Shown: in pieces, positions 50,581 through 61,609 of the stretch
Numbering within the stretch: position 1 is the first letter of the stretch
Layout: every line of letters starts with the position of its first letter
Assembly (NCBI GenBank): GCA_965214605.1
Contig: OZ243961.1
Span: 1,152,001 to 1,216,000, forward strand
Length of the DNA stretch: 64,000 nt
Direction: 5' to 3'
Source of the DNA: an uncultured Candidatus Binatia bacterium
Lineage (GTDB): Bacteria > Desulfobacterota > Binatia > Bin18
Notes under the pieces: generated by a model
Told to the model about the DNA's origin: nothing
Database searches by the model: none
What the model saw: the letters and a program-made list of their open reading frames with translations, nothing else
Program-made: the position numbers and the translations under genes

Positions 50581-51552
50581 CTACGCACAACACAGGTCTG
50601 GCTCATCGGCGGTATGCCCGTGCTGCTCGGCCCGGAGTCGGCGCATACCGTCGAACATGCTCTGGACATCAAGAGGCTGCTCAAGGTCTTTGCGAAATTC
50701 CTGATACAGCCGCATAATGTTGGGTAAAATGCGCTCGGGCTCACGCCAACTGGCATAAATGCCGAGCTTCACATCCCGCGCGGCCTGCTCTTCCGTCATG
50801 CCCAGATCAAAGCGTTTCTTGGCCTCTCGACGTACCAGCGCCAGATAGGCCCGCATTTCGCGCAGTTCTTTTTTGCCGCCGATCGGTCCATGACCGGGCA
50901 CGATGGTCTCCACATCCATCTTGAGTAGCCGATCGGCCACCTTGATCCAGTTGCCGACGTGGCCCTGAAAAGCCAGCGGGGTGACATAGTAAAAGGCCAG
51001 ATCGCCGGCAAACAGCAGCTTGTCCTGAGGCAGGTACACAAAGGCATCACCGAAGGTGTGGGCCGGTCCGAGGTGGCGCAACTCGACCTCACGTCCGGAC
51101 TGATGAAAGACCAGACGCTCTTCGAACGTCACTGTGGGCAGTTTGGGCTTGAGCCTAGGAAACTCTTTGGCAAAACGCGGAATACGCTGCTGGTAGGCTT
51201 CAACCGCGATACCACTGCGGACCATCTCGTCCCGGCACTTGCTGTGACCCACGATCTCGGCCTCACGGAAGAGGAAGTTCCCGCCGCTGTGGTCAATATG
51301 ATGATGGGTATTCACCAGCCGTGAAACCGGCCGTTTGCTGAGCTTTTTAATCGAGGCCAAAAAACGCTTGGTCATCGACGGCACCATCAGCGCGTCAACT
51401 GCCATATTACCGTTGCGGTCGAGCAGCAGCCCGGCGTTACTGACCCCCAACTCACCGAACGCCTGAATATAGGCGTAGACCTTGGGAGCGATCTCTTCGA
51501 GACCGGTCTGCCAGCTCGCCGGCGTAATAAAATTGGTCTGCACGATGCTCAT
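50581..51552 (-). CDS. MBL-fold metallo-hydrolase (cyclase-like)
   Basis: SNAG, THHHIDHSGGN, AHT.GD, FAGD and VPGHG. Confidence 0.9.
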   Translation of the reverse strand: MSIVQTNFITPASWQTGLEEIAPKVYAYIQAFGELGVSNAGLLLDRNGNMAVDALMVPSMTKRFLASIKKLSKRPVSRLVNTHHHIDHSGGNFLFREAEIVGHSKCRDEMVRSGIAVEAYQQRIPRFAKEFPRLKPKLPTVTFEERLVFHQSGREVELRHLGPAHTFGDAFVYLPQDKLLFAGDLAFYYVTPLAFQGHVGNWIKVADRLLKMDVETIVPGHGPIGGKKELREMRAYLALVRREAKKRFDLGMTEEQAARDVKLGIYASWREPERILPNIMRLYQEFRKDLEQPLDVQSMFDGMRRLRAEQHGHTADEPDLCCA

Positions 51553-51599
51553 GTTGCCGTCCTTGCATCACATCCGAGGCCGTGAGAGCACGCTGCCGC

Positions 51600-52700
51600 T
51601 CACAGCTTAAACAGCTGGGCCGCGTTGTGGTTGAAGATTTTCTTCTTCAGCGTCTCGGAGATATCGGTCCGCTCGCGTAACACCTTGACCGAGTCGGGAC
51701 AGATACAGTCCCAATGTGAGTAGTCGGATGCGTATATCAGCCGCTCTTCGCCGACCATCTGGGCGACGTATGGGATTGTCGTTTCTTCGGGTTCAACCGC
51801 GTAAAAACAATTCTCACTCTTCATCCAGTCGATCGGATCACGGCTCTGCCACGGGGTCTGGTGCGACAACAGCTCATAGTGCTCGTGCAGCCGGTCCATC
51901 AGCCACGGCACCCATCCGGCCCCAGCCTCCATAAAAGCGACCTTGAGTTTGGGAAAGCGCTCCAGAATCCCACCCGCCACAAACGAGGCCGCTGCCAGCA
52001 TGGAATCGAGCGGATAAAAAGCGTGTTTGAAGACATAGCGGTCAAAACGGTCAATTCCCGCCGAATTGGTCGAGATGATGTGGACATAGATTGGTACGTC
52101 CAGCCCTTGGGCTTCCCGCCAAATCGGATCAAACGCCTCATCGTGGAGCAGCTTGCCGCCAAAATTGGTCAGGACCTGAACGCCAATCATGCCCAGCTGT
52201 TCAACTGCCCGCCGGATCTCTTTGCTAGCCGCCTGAGGATCCTGCATAGGGATCATGGCAATACCTTTGAGCCGCTCGGGATAAGGCTGACAATATTCCG
52301 CTAACCAGTTGTTATAGGCGCTTGAAACCGCCACGGCCAGCCCCACATCCTCAATCGACGCAGCCGCTCCCAGACCGACAAAGGTGCCGAACAGGGCTGC
52401 AATATCGATGCCCTCATAGTCCATGTCAGGAATACGTTTATGCGGGTCCTGCATCCCTTCCCGATCCCAGCCCCACTGATGGGTCGGCTTGTTGGGTTCG
52501 GGCCACATGCCGAGTTGGCCATAAAAATCGCGACGACTCGGCCACAGCTTGCCCTCCACAATCATATGCCGTCTACCGTCCGGATAGCTCACCCAGCAGG
52601 GGGCATCACGGCGATACTTCTCGGGTAGCCGCTCTGCCCAGTTGACCGCTTTTTCATCAACATGGCCGTCGGCGTCAATCACTGGATAGTCAAGTTTCAT
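51600..52700 (-). CDS. Amidohydrolase-2 family protein (ACMSD/LigW-like)
   Basis: IDADGH, AYNNWL, PIYVH, EAGAGW and YASDYSHWD. Confidence 0.9.
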   Translation of the reverse strand: MKLDYPVIDADGHVDEKAVNWAERLPEKYRRDAPCWVSYPDGRRHMIVEGKLWPSRRDFYGQLGMWPEPNKPTHQWGWDREGMQDPHKRIPDMDYEGIDIAALFGTFVGLGAAASIEDVGLAVAVSSAYNNWLAEYCQPYPERLKGIAMIPMQDPQAASKEIRRAVEQLGMIGVQVLTNFGGKLLHDEAFDPIWREAQGLDVPIYVHIISTNSAGIDRFDRYVFKHAFYPLDSMLAAASFVAGGILERFPKLKVAFMEAGAGWVPWLMDRLHEHYELLSHQTPWQSRDPIDWMKSENCFYAVEPEETTIPYVAQMVGEERLIYASDYSHWDCICPDSVKVLRERTDISETLKKKIFNHNAAQLFKL

Positions 52701-54795
52701 ATGGGCTCTCCGCGTCGGTAGGTGGTGGCCTAGGTACGCTCGGCCTAATAGGCCGCCATTCCGGCACTAGGCGATGCTCAATCCGCAAGGTTTCCTCGCC
52801 ATCGCTGGCCGTCTCAACCGGCAGCGTCCAGCGTAGCGACTTCACCAAACATACCCCGTCCTCCTGTCCCTCCTTACAGTAGACCAACCCGATCGCAACA
52901 CGCAGCTCGGTCTCACCGTCAGAGAACTCCAGCGGAATCTCGATCGGAAACTGGCCGTCCTGTTCCGCAGTTCGTATCCCGCTGGTCAACGTTGCGCCAT
53001 CCAGTTCGACCTGGTACTCCAGCGGCGAACCTGGATTGAGCTTAAAGGGAGGAGGAATCTCCACATTGACCGTCAGGCTTGTAGGACCAGCTTGGATCGT
53101 CCGGAGGGGGAAGCTCAGCTCTTCGAGATTCGGCCAGACATAGTCCGGGCGTCTGTCCGGTCCCTCGCTCAAGCCGGTAATCTGGAGCGTGGTAACGCGG
53201 CTAGTCTCAAGATCGGCCACCCGAATGGCATGATTGTTGGTATCGGCAATATACAGCTTCCCACCCGCAATACTCAGCCCGCTCGGTTCGTAGAATTGCG
53301 CATCTTGGCCCGTGTCGGCATCCCGAAACCCAGCCTTGCCGGTACCCAGAAAGGTCACCGAGGTTCGGAGGCCGGGGCTGATCCGCTTGATCTTGTGGTT
53401 ATACGTATCGGCCACGTACACGATGTTATTGTGGTAGGCTACGCCCAGCGGATGCTGGAGCCGAACATTGTCACCCTGGCCATCTGTGTCGCCAAATTCA
53501 AACAAATCAACCCCCACGATCGTTGAGACGTTGCCACGCGGATTCAGGCTGACCGAACGAATAGCGCTGACCTCGGCATCGGCCACAAACAAACTGCTGC
53601 CATCCGAGGCCAACCCGCTGGGCTGAGCGAGGGCGGCCTGCATAAGCGGCCCGTCAATCCGGGCTTCTTTGCTGGAGCCGGCGTAGGGTCCGATTTCTTC
53701 GTACTGAACATTCATGGCCCAAATCTGATGCGGCCCGGCCATGGCAATATACACGATGCCGTTCTCGACCAATACATCCCACGGCGAGCTGAGTGGCACC
53801 TCCCGAGCTTTGCCTCGTCGGAAGCCTCTGAACGAGGGTTGGCCGGTGCCAGCGACCGTGGTCACAGTTCGGGCCTTCAGGTTGAGTCTGCGGATGAGAT
53901 GGTTTTCCGTATCGGCCACATACAGGCTGTCTCCCGCTAGAGCCATGCCCTGGGGATGATCGAAGGTAGCCGCCTCAAAGCTGCCGTCGGCTGCCCCGAC
54001 CGTCCCAGAACCGGCTACATCCAGAATCCGCCCGGTTCTAGTGGTGAGCAGAATGCGATTGTGGCTGGAGTCGGCAATGAACAGCCGGTCCCGCTCAGGG
54101 TCGGCTACGACCTTCCCTGGAAACGACAGGACTGGGGCGTCAAAGGTGGCTTTCTCAAGGGCGAGGGTGAGCGGCTGTTCGTTCAGCGTGCCCCGTTCTC
54201 GATGTTCCTCAGCCAGCCGGGCGATGACCCGTTTGAGCATCTCATAGTGTCCCTCGCCGGAGATACCGCCCACCACATAGCCCTCGGGGTCAATCATCAC
54301 CAGCGTCGGCCAAGCCCGCGGACCGTAACGCTGCCAGATCTGAAACTCACGATCGTTGACTACCGGGTGCTCAATCTCGTAGCGTAGAATAGCCTGACGG
54401 ATGTTTTCCGACTCGCCCTCGTTGGAAAATTTGGCCGAGTGCACGCCAATCACAACAAGTTCGTTCGGAAAGTCTGCCTCGAGCCGTTGAAGTTCGGGAA
54501 TGACATGCATGCAGTTAATGCAGCAGTAGGTCCAGAAGTCGAGCAAAACGATTTTTCCTCGCAGGTCGGCCAGACTGAGTGGCGCGTCGGTGTTCAGCCA
54601 CTCAATCCCCCCTTCCAGCTCCGGAGCCCGGACGCGTTCCTGGCCTACCATAGGCCCTCCTTCCTGTCCAACCAAGACGTACCATAGGCCACTTTGCCAC
54701 AAAAAAACGAGACCGGCGATCAGACTCACCCAGGCCGGGGTGAGCTGTATCAGCACCCGTCGCCACTCGCTGCGTCCTGAACCGTGGTTTGCCAT
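52690..54795 (-). CDS. Thioredoxin-like + NHL-repeat protein (NHLRC2/SOQ1-like)
   Basis: DFWTYCCINC, GVHSAKF, and repeated YVADT.NH NHL units; probable N-terminal TM anchor; start uncertain (54795 or 54651). Confidence 0.9.
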   Translation of the reverse strand: MANHGSGRSEWRRVLIQLTPAWVSLIAGLVFLWQSGLWYVLVGQEGGPMVGQERVRAPELEGGIEWLNTDAPLSLADLRGKIVLLDFWTYCCINCMHVIPELQRLEADFPNELVVIGVHSAKFSNEGESENIRQAILRYEIEHPVVNDREFQIWQRYGPRAWPTLVMIDPEGYVVGGISGEGHYEMLKRVIARLAEEHRERGTLNEQPLTLALEKATFDAPVLSFPGKVVADPERDRLFIADSSHNRILLTTRTGRILDVAGSGTVGAADGSFEAATFDHPQGMALAGDSLYVADTENHLIRRLNLKARTVTTVAGTGQPSFRGFRRGKAREVPLSSPWDVLVENGIVYIAMAGPHQIWAMNVQYEEIGPYAGSSKEARIDGPLMQAALAQPSGLASDGSSLFVADAEVSAIRSVSLNPRGNVSTIVGVDLFEFGDTDGQGDNVRLQHPLGVAYHNNIVYVADTYNHKIKRISPGLRTSVTFLGTGKAGFRDADTGQDAQFYEPSGLSIAGGKLYIADTNNHAIRVADLETSRVTTLQITGLSEGPDRRPDYVWPNLEELSFPLRTIQAGPTSLTVNVEIPPPFKLNPGSPLEYQVELDGATLTSGIRTAEQDGQFPIEIPLEFSDGETELRVAIGLVYCKEGQEDGVCLVKSLRWTLPVETASDGEETLRIEHRLVPEWRPIRPSVPRPPPTDAESPYET

Positions 54796-54802
54796 ACCGC
54801 TC

Positions 54803-56980
54803 TCAGTCCACACGCTGTCGAAACCGTGCGTATTCCACCAGCGCGCTAAGGGCGGCAACGGCTCGATGGGCACTGGGATAGCACACCCGTCCTGTCTCAC
54901 GGACAGCCAATGGGCCGGCGTTGCCGTACTCCCGGTCAGTATAGACCAGTTCGGTGGTGGTCAGCACCGGCGTGGCGTGGCGCTGCGAGGCCGCGGCCGC
55001 GGCCTGGGCATAGCGTCGTTCTTGGCGTTGGTGAAAATTGGCCATTCGGTCCAAGCCGTGGCCGGGATAGAATTGGCCGGTCTGAAATAGATTTGCCGTG
55101 GCGCCCTGAATCCCCAAGCCCAGCTGCACAACCGCATCAATCTCGTGATGGCCGCACAGGAGATCCAGAATCTCGGGAACAGTATCACGGGTTTCTCCGC
55201 CAGCTAAATCGATCGGGTTATTCCGACTCCAGCGGTCCGGTACCATGCTACTGATCTTGGCCTCAATCTCCTCCGGCAAGGCGATAAGCTCCAACCCAGC
55301 TCGGACGCAGGCATCGGCCGTCAACACCCCCCAGCCTCCGACTGTGGTAAAAACGACTACTCGCTCGCCGGCCGGCAGCGGCTGGGTGGCCAGGCTGGCT
55401 GCCCATTCAAAGGCATGCTCGACGCTCGGTGCGCGCAAAATGCCGAGTTGACGGCACACGCCTTGGAACACTCGGTCGTCGGTGGCGAGCGAGCCGCTAT
55501 GGGACAGCGCCGCCCGCTGACCAGCCGCCGCTACACCTCCTTTGAGCACGACCAAGGGTTTGGTGGGGGTAAGTTTTTGAACGGCTTGAATAAAGCGACG
55601 ACCGTCAGGAATGCCTTCCAAATAGGCCAAGACTACGTCCGTCTCAGGGTCGGCTGCAAAATACTCGAGGTAATCGGCAATATTCGTCTGAGCCGAATTT
55701 CCAACCGAAATCGCTTTACTCACCCCCACCCCGGTCTGGACCGAGTAGTTGAGGAATGACGACAGCAGATTCCCGCTCTGACTGACAACCGCAATACGCC
55801 CCGCCGGGGGATAGGGAGCGACAATCTGGGCGCACATTGACACCGAGGTTGAGATCACCCCCTGTCCGTTGGGTCCGGCCAGTACCATCCCCAGATCATT
55901 GGCGGTTTCCACCAGCTCATTCTCTAGGCGGCGTCCCTGTGGACCAGCATCGCGGTAGCCACCGCTGGCCACAAAAGCAGCCCGGACGCCGATTTTTGCG
56001 CAGGCGCGCAGCAGGCCAACATTGGCACCGACCGGTGTACACACAAACACCAGATCGGCTCTACCGGGTGGAATCTCGGCAATATCCCGATAGGTTGGTG
56101 CGCCCAAAATCTCCGCTCCGTCCCGATTAATGGGGAAAATATCACCCGTATAGCCGAAGCGACGCAGATTGTGCAGCGAGACAAAGCCGAATTTGCCGGG
56201 ATGGATCGAAGCCCCGGTCACCACAATCCCACGCGGATAAAACAGGGGGCGAAAACGTTCGAGGACTTCCTCGGGCGAGCGGACGGGCGGGGCGGGCGGG
56301 GCAGGGCTCGGCTCACCAAGCTCGACCAGCGCATCGACCGCGACTGGTTTGCCTCCCACCACAATGAGAGGATTCACGTCAACGCTGTGAATATCCGGAC
56401 GCTCAACCGCCAGTCGCCCTAGGCCAACCAAGGTGACGGCCAGAGTCTCTATATCGAGCGTTGGCTCGCCTCGGAAGGCTTGCAGCAAGGGCTGTGTCTG
56501 GAGCGCCTCAACCATGCGGCGCGCCTCGGCCGGCTCCAGCGGTGCCACGGCAAAGGCCACATCTCCGACCGCCTCGGCTAAAATACCGCCCAGGCCGATC
56601 AAAACACACGCTCCAAACTGCGGATCACGTATCATTCCGGCAATGAGTTCCCGCCGGCCGTGAGCCATCTCAGCTATCAGCAGACCCACGTCGCCGTCTT
56701 CGGACCGACGCCGCTGCCACAGCTGGGTTGCCGCTCGTCGGACCGCCTCTGCATCGGACAGCCCTAGGCGGACCAAGTCTCGCTCGGTTTTGTGAGCAAT
56801 CTGATCGCCGCACAGCTTGACCACAACCGGAAAGCCGATACGCTTGGCCGCTTCGACTGCGGCCTGAGGACTATCAACCAGCATCTCGTGAGGAACGGAC
56901 ACGCCATAGCCGGCTAAGAGCTGTTTAGAGCTATACTCAGAAAGCGTACGCCCGGTACGCTCGGGATGCGGTGTGCTCAT
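54803..56980 (-). CDS. Acyl-CoA synthetase (NDP-forming) family with N-terminal ATP-grasp (swapped domain order)
   Basis: HKTE, DPQFG and VDVNPL in the N-terminal half; GPN.QG, SQSG, SVGN, SHSGSLA and NPIDL in the C-terminal half. Confidence 0.9.
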   Translation of the reverse strand: MSTPHPERTGRTLSEYSSKQLLAGYGVSVPHEMLVDSPQAAVEAAKRIGFPVVVKLCGDQIAHKTERDLVRLGLSDAEAVRRAATQLWQRRRSEDGDVGLLIAEMAHGRRELIAGMIRDPQFGACVLIGLGGILAEAVGDVAFAVAPLEPAEARRMVEALQTQPLLQAFRGEPTLDIETLAVTLVGLGRLAVERPDIHSVDVNPLIVVGGKPVAVDALVELGEPSPAPPAPPVRSPEEVLERFRPLFYPRGIVVTGASIHPGKFGFVSLHNLRRFGYTGDIFPINRDGAEILGAPTYRDIAEIPPGRADLVFVCTPVGANVGLLRACAKIGVRAAFVASGGYRDAGPQGRRLENELVETANDLGMVLAGPNGQGVISTSVSMCAQIVAPYPPAGRIAVVSQSGNLLSSFLNYSVQTGVGVSKAISVGNSAQTNIADYLEYFAADPETDVVLAYLEGIPDGRRFIQAVQKLTPTKPLVVLKGGVAAAGQRAALSHSGSLATDDRVFQGVCRQLGILRAPSVEHAFEWAASLATQPLPAGERVVVFTTVGGWGVLTADACVRAGLELIALPEEIEAKISSMVPDRWSRNNPIDLAGGETRDTVPEILDLLCGHHEIDAVVQLGLGIQGATANLFQTGQFYPGHGLDRMANFHQRQERRYAQAAAAASQRHATPVLTTTELVYTDREYGNAGPLAVRETGRVCYPSAHRAVAALSALVEYARFRQRVD

Positions 56981-57221
56981 ACCCTAGTCTTTCTCCTCAG
57001 CGATTGAGGTCTAGAGGGTATAAGATTCGGCTCAAGCTGCCAAGGGAAACCGATCAATAAAGATCGTACAGGGACGGGGGAGGACTTGGTCCGCCCTATC
57101 CCGCCCACCCTGAAAGCCAGGACTGCCCGACACGAAGAAATCGGCGCTGGGTTCGTTCAGGGGTTGCGCTTCGCTTGATCAGGCATTAGGTTTGACGAAT
57201 CTTTTGTGTGAGGGAGGAAGA

Positions 57222-58124
57222 GTGAACGCCTCCGTAAAGCTCATTGAGCAGGTTGTTCCTTCGACTGTGAGTGTCCACGTCACAGTTCCCCAGCATCATC
57301 ACTCCGCCCCGCTTCTCGGCCCGGAACGTATGGGATCGGGGACCATTGTCGATCCAGCAGGCTACATCCTCACAGTCAACTACATCATCATTGGGGCGAG
57401 TACGGTAAAAGTCAGCCTACTCGACAATAGTCAGGTGGATGCCGAGGTGGTCGCTCAAGACTTTGCCAGCGGTATCGGCGTGATCAAGATTCCGAGCAGC
57501 GGCTTTCCGGCCGCACCCCTCCGTTCTTCGCAGGAGTTAAAGCCTGGTGACGACGTGTTCATCGCAGCCGCCTCTGATCAAGAAAACGGGCGGCGGGTCA
57601 GCGGTGGAGGTCTGACCTCGGTCTCGCCGTTTGACGCCTACTGGGAATATTCGCTCGACCGAGCGCTGATCAGCACGGCCATGAATCCCGGCCTGGGCGG
57701 CGGCCCGATGTTCGATATACGTGGCAGGATGATCGGGGTTGTATCGCTGAATCTCAACGAAGTCGGGAAGTTCTCCCTGGCCATTCCGGTCGAAAACTTT
57801 CAGGACCATCGGGATGAGCTCATCCGCTACGGTCGACGCGTCTCCCGCCCGTCCCGTGCCTGGATCGGCATGTATTCGTATACCCTGCGTAACCATCTCG
57901 TGGTGGCTGGGATTTTGCCAGGCGGACCGGGCGAGACGGCCGGTCTGAAGGCGGGCGATGTGGTGCTAGCTATAGACGAGCAAGAAATCTCGAATCGCCC
58001 GGCCTTTTATCGACAGCTGTGGAGCCGACCGGCGGGTGAGACCATTCTGTTCCGCATTTTTCGCAATAACGCGGTGCAGACCATTCCGGTCGTATCGGGG
58101 AATGTGGAAGAGTTTTTTGACTGA
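57222..58124 (+). CDS. Trypsin-like (S1C/HtrA) fold + PDZ protein, catalytic triad absent
   Basis: GSGTIVD...LTVNYII, QDFASGIGVIK, MNPGLGGGPM, then the PDZ motif AGLKAGDVV. Confidence 0.85.
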   Translation: MNASVKLIEQVVPSTVSVHVTVPQHHHSAPLLGPERMGSGTIVDPAGYILTVNYIIIGASTVKVSLLDNSQVDAEVVAQDFASGIGVIKIPSSGFPAAPLRSSQELKPGDDVFIAAASDQENGRRVSGGGLTSVSPFDAYWEYSLDRALISTAMNPGLGGGPMFDIRGRMIGVVSLNLNEVGKFSLAIPVENFQDHRDELIRYGRRVSRPSRAWIGMYSYTLRNHLVVAGILPGGPGETAGLKAGDVVLAIDEQEISNRPAFYRQLWSRPAGETILFRIFRNNAVQTIPVVSGNVEEFFD

Positions 58125-58145
58125 ATCTGGAAGGAGCGATAAGGG

Positions 58146-58802
58146 GTGAAAATTGCTATTTTAGGCGGGACCGGGGAACAGGGACCGGGGCTGGCGCTCC
58201 GCTGGGCACGGGCCGGTGAGGAGGTCATTATCGGGTCGCGTCAAAAGGAGAAGGGGGAACGGGTCGCGGCCGAACTCAACCAAGAGCTAGGCCGACCGCT
58301 TCTGGTCGGCATGGACAATCCGAGTGCGGCGGCCGCCGCCGATATTGTTGTTATGACCGTTCCGTACTCTGCCCACGTTCCAACCCTAGAAAGCGTCAAA
58401 GACCAGCTCGAGGGCAAAATCTTTGTCGACGTGTCTGTTCCGCTCGACCCGGATAACGCCCGGCGGGTCATTATGCCACCAGCCGGTTCGGCCTCTCAGG
58501 AGGCGCAGGAAATCCTGGGCGAACAGGTAAGTGTGGTGTGCGCCCTGCAGAACATCTCGGCCCATCTACTGCGTGATGTCACCGCCGAGATCGACTGTGA
58601 TGTGTTGGTGTGCGGGACGCCCAAAGAAGCCCGGACGCGCGTGATTGAGCTGATCAACAAGCTCAATATTCACGCTATCGATGTTGGTCCCCTTGAAGCA
58701 GCGAGTCTGATTGAGCCTATCACCGCTTTGCTGATTCGCCTCAATATTCGTAACAAAGTCCACTCAACAGGTATTCGGATTACTGGTCTCCCCAGCGCCT
58801 AA
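58146..58802 (+). CDS. npdG: NADPH-dependent F420 reductase
   Basis: MKIAILGGTGEQGPGLALRW, IGSR, TVPY, GPL...IE and GIRITGL. Confidence 0.93.
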   Translation: MKIAILGGTGEQGPGLALRWARAGEEVIIGSRQKEKGERVAAELNQELGRPLLVGMDNPSAAAAADIVVMTVPYSAHVPTLESVKDQLEGKIFVDVSVPLDPDNARRVIMPPAGSASQEAQEILGEQVSVVCALQNISAHLLRDVTAEIDCDVLVCGTPKEARTRVIELINKLNIHAIDVGPLEAASLIEPITALLIRLNIRNKVHSTGIRITGLPSA

Positions 58803-58825
58803 ACGCCAGGGCCCAGATACACAAC

Positions 58826-58856
58826 GGCCCTGCCCGAGGATCTGCCGGACAGGGCC
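58826..58856. terminator. Hairpin between convergent npdG and groEL
   Basis: GGCCCTG...CAGGGCC inverted repeat. Confidence 0.55.
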
Positions 58857-58894
58857 ATGATTCACTGTGTGATGGTGATATGCCAGGAGATGGA

Positions 58895-60580
<1,686 letters not shown>

Positions 60581-60868
60581 CTATTCAACCACGCCGAGAA
60601 GATCGTCTTCCCGCATGATCAGGTGTTCTTCGCCTTCGATTTTGATTTCGGTTCCCGCATATTTGCCGAAGAGGACCTTGTCTCCAGGTTTCACGTCCAA
60701 CGGCTGCACCCTGCCATCTTCCCCGACTTTTCCTTTCCCGACGGCGACGACTTTCCCCTCCTGGGGTTTCTCTTTGGCCGTGTCAGGGATAATGATACCG
60801 CCCGCAGTCTTCTCCTCCTCTTCCATCCGTTTTACGATGATCCGATCCTGTAAGGGTCGAATTTTCAT
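60581..60868 (-). CDS. groS: Co-chaperonin GroES
   Basis: [22 protein letters not shown] and KYAGTE. Confidence 0.99.
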   Translation of the reverse strand: MKIRPLQDRIIVKRMEEEEKTAGGIIIPDTAKEKPQEGKVVAVGKGKVGEDGRVQPLDVKPGDKVLFGKYAGTEIKIEGEEHLIMREDDLLGVVE

Positions 60869-60986
60869 GCCTCCTCTCCTTTCTTCTCTGAGGATAATTA
60901 TTGTCGTAAGTGTAAACGAGGCCCGAGCCCCGGGTTAGAATCTCCGGCAACTTAATCACTCTGTCGCGCTTGTCAAGCAAAAAACG

Positions 60987-61256
60987 TCAGAATTTGCGCT
61001 TGCGTCGCTCTTCCTCAAAGTAGCGTCGGTACAATACGCGCCATTCGGCACTATCCGGTACAACCCGCCGCGACAGTGAGGCGATCTTACGCCGCACGAA
61101 TGCGTCGATTTTATCGTCAATCTGAAAATATTCCGCCAGCACACGCTTACTCTCCGCCAGGGCGGTCCGCTCGTTGGTCAGCCTCCCCTGGCTGGCCAAG
61201 CTCTGGAGTGTCAGCCGGGCTAGCGCGGCAATACGGTTGTCGGATAAACGGCTCAT
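60987..61256 (-). CDS. DUF507 family protein
   Basis: VRRKIASLSRRVVPDSAEWRVLYRRYFEEE pattern. Confidence 0.75.
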   Translation of the reverse strand: MSRLSDNRIAALARLTLQSLASQGRLTNERTALAESKRVLAEYFQIDDKIDAFVRRKIASLSRRVVPDSAEWRVLYRRYFEEERRKRKF

Positions 61257-61528
61257 AAGACAAAGTCACGCTCTTCGGCCAGGCGTTGGGTGATCATCTG
61301 GACAACCTTGTGGCGGTCCACCACCTGACCAGCCGGCATATGCGCCTCAGCTAGTCGTTCGGCTTCACGCCGCAACTCCTCTTCCTGGCGGAAATTGTCG
61401 AGTAAGGTCTGCACCACCTTCTCAACACCATGGCGCTGCTCGGTCTGGAGCTGAACCAAGCCCTTGTCGATCAGCCTCTTCACCAAGGCTTCGGCCACCG
61501 TCCGGCACTCAGCTTCAGAACAGCGCAT
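61253..61528 (-). CDS. DUF507 family protein
   Basis: EEELRREAE...LAEERDFVL; tandem with the adjacent gene. Confidence 0.7.
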   Translation of the reverse strand: MRCSEAECRTVAEALVKRLIDKGLVQLQTEQRHGVEKVVQTLLDNFRQEEELRREAERLAEAHMPAGQVVDRHKVVQMITQRLAEERDFVL

Positions 61529-61609
61529 AGCCCATTCCATATCTGGCAACACAGCGCTTTGGCAACCCCGCCTTGACAATAAAACTGCAGTTTGCGATGG
61601 GATGATTCA

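Noticed and set aside
57060-57190. Possible ncRNA (CCCTGAA...TTCAGGG pairing) between divergent genes
   Set aside because: Short pairing only, with no match to an RNA family I can support.
60950-60980. CIRCE (HrcA) element upstream of groES
   Set aside because: Only a right-arm-like GAGTGATTAA is present; the left arm TTAGCACTC is missing.
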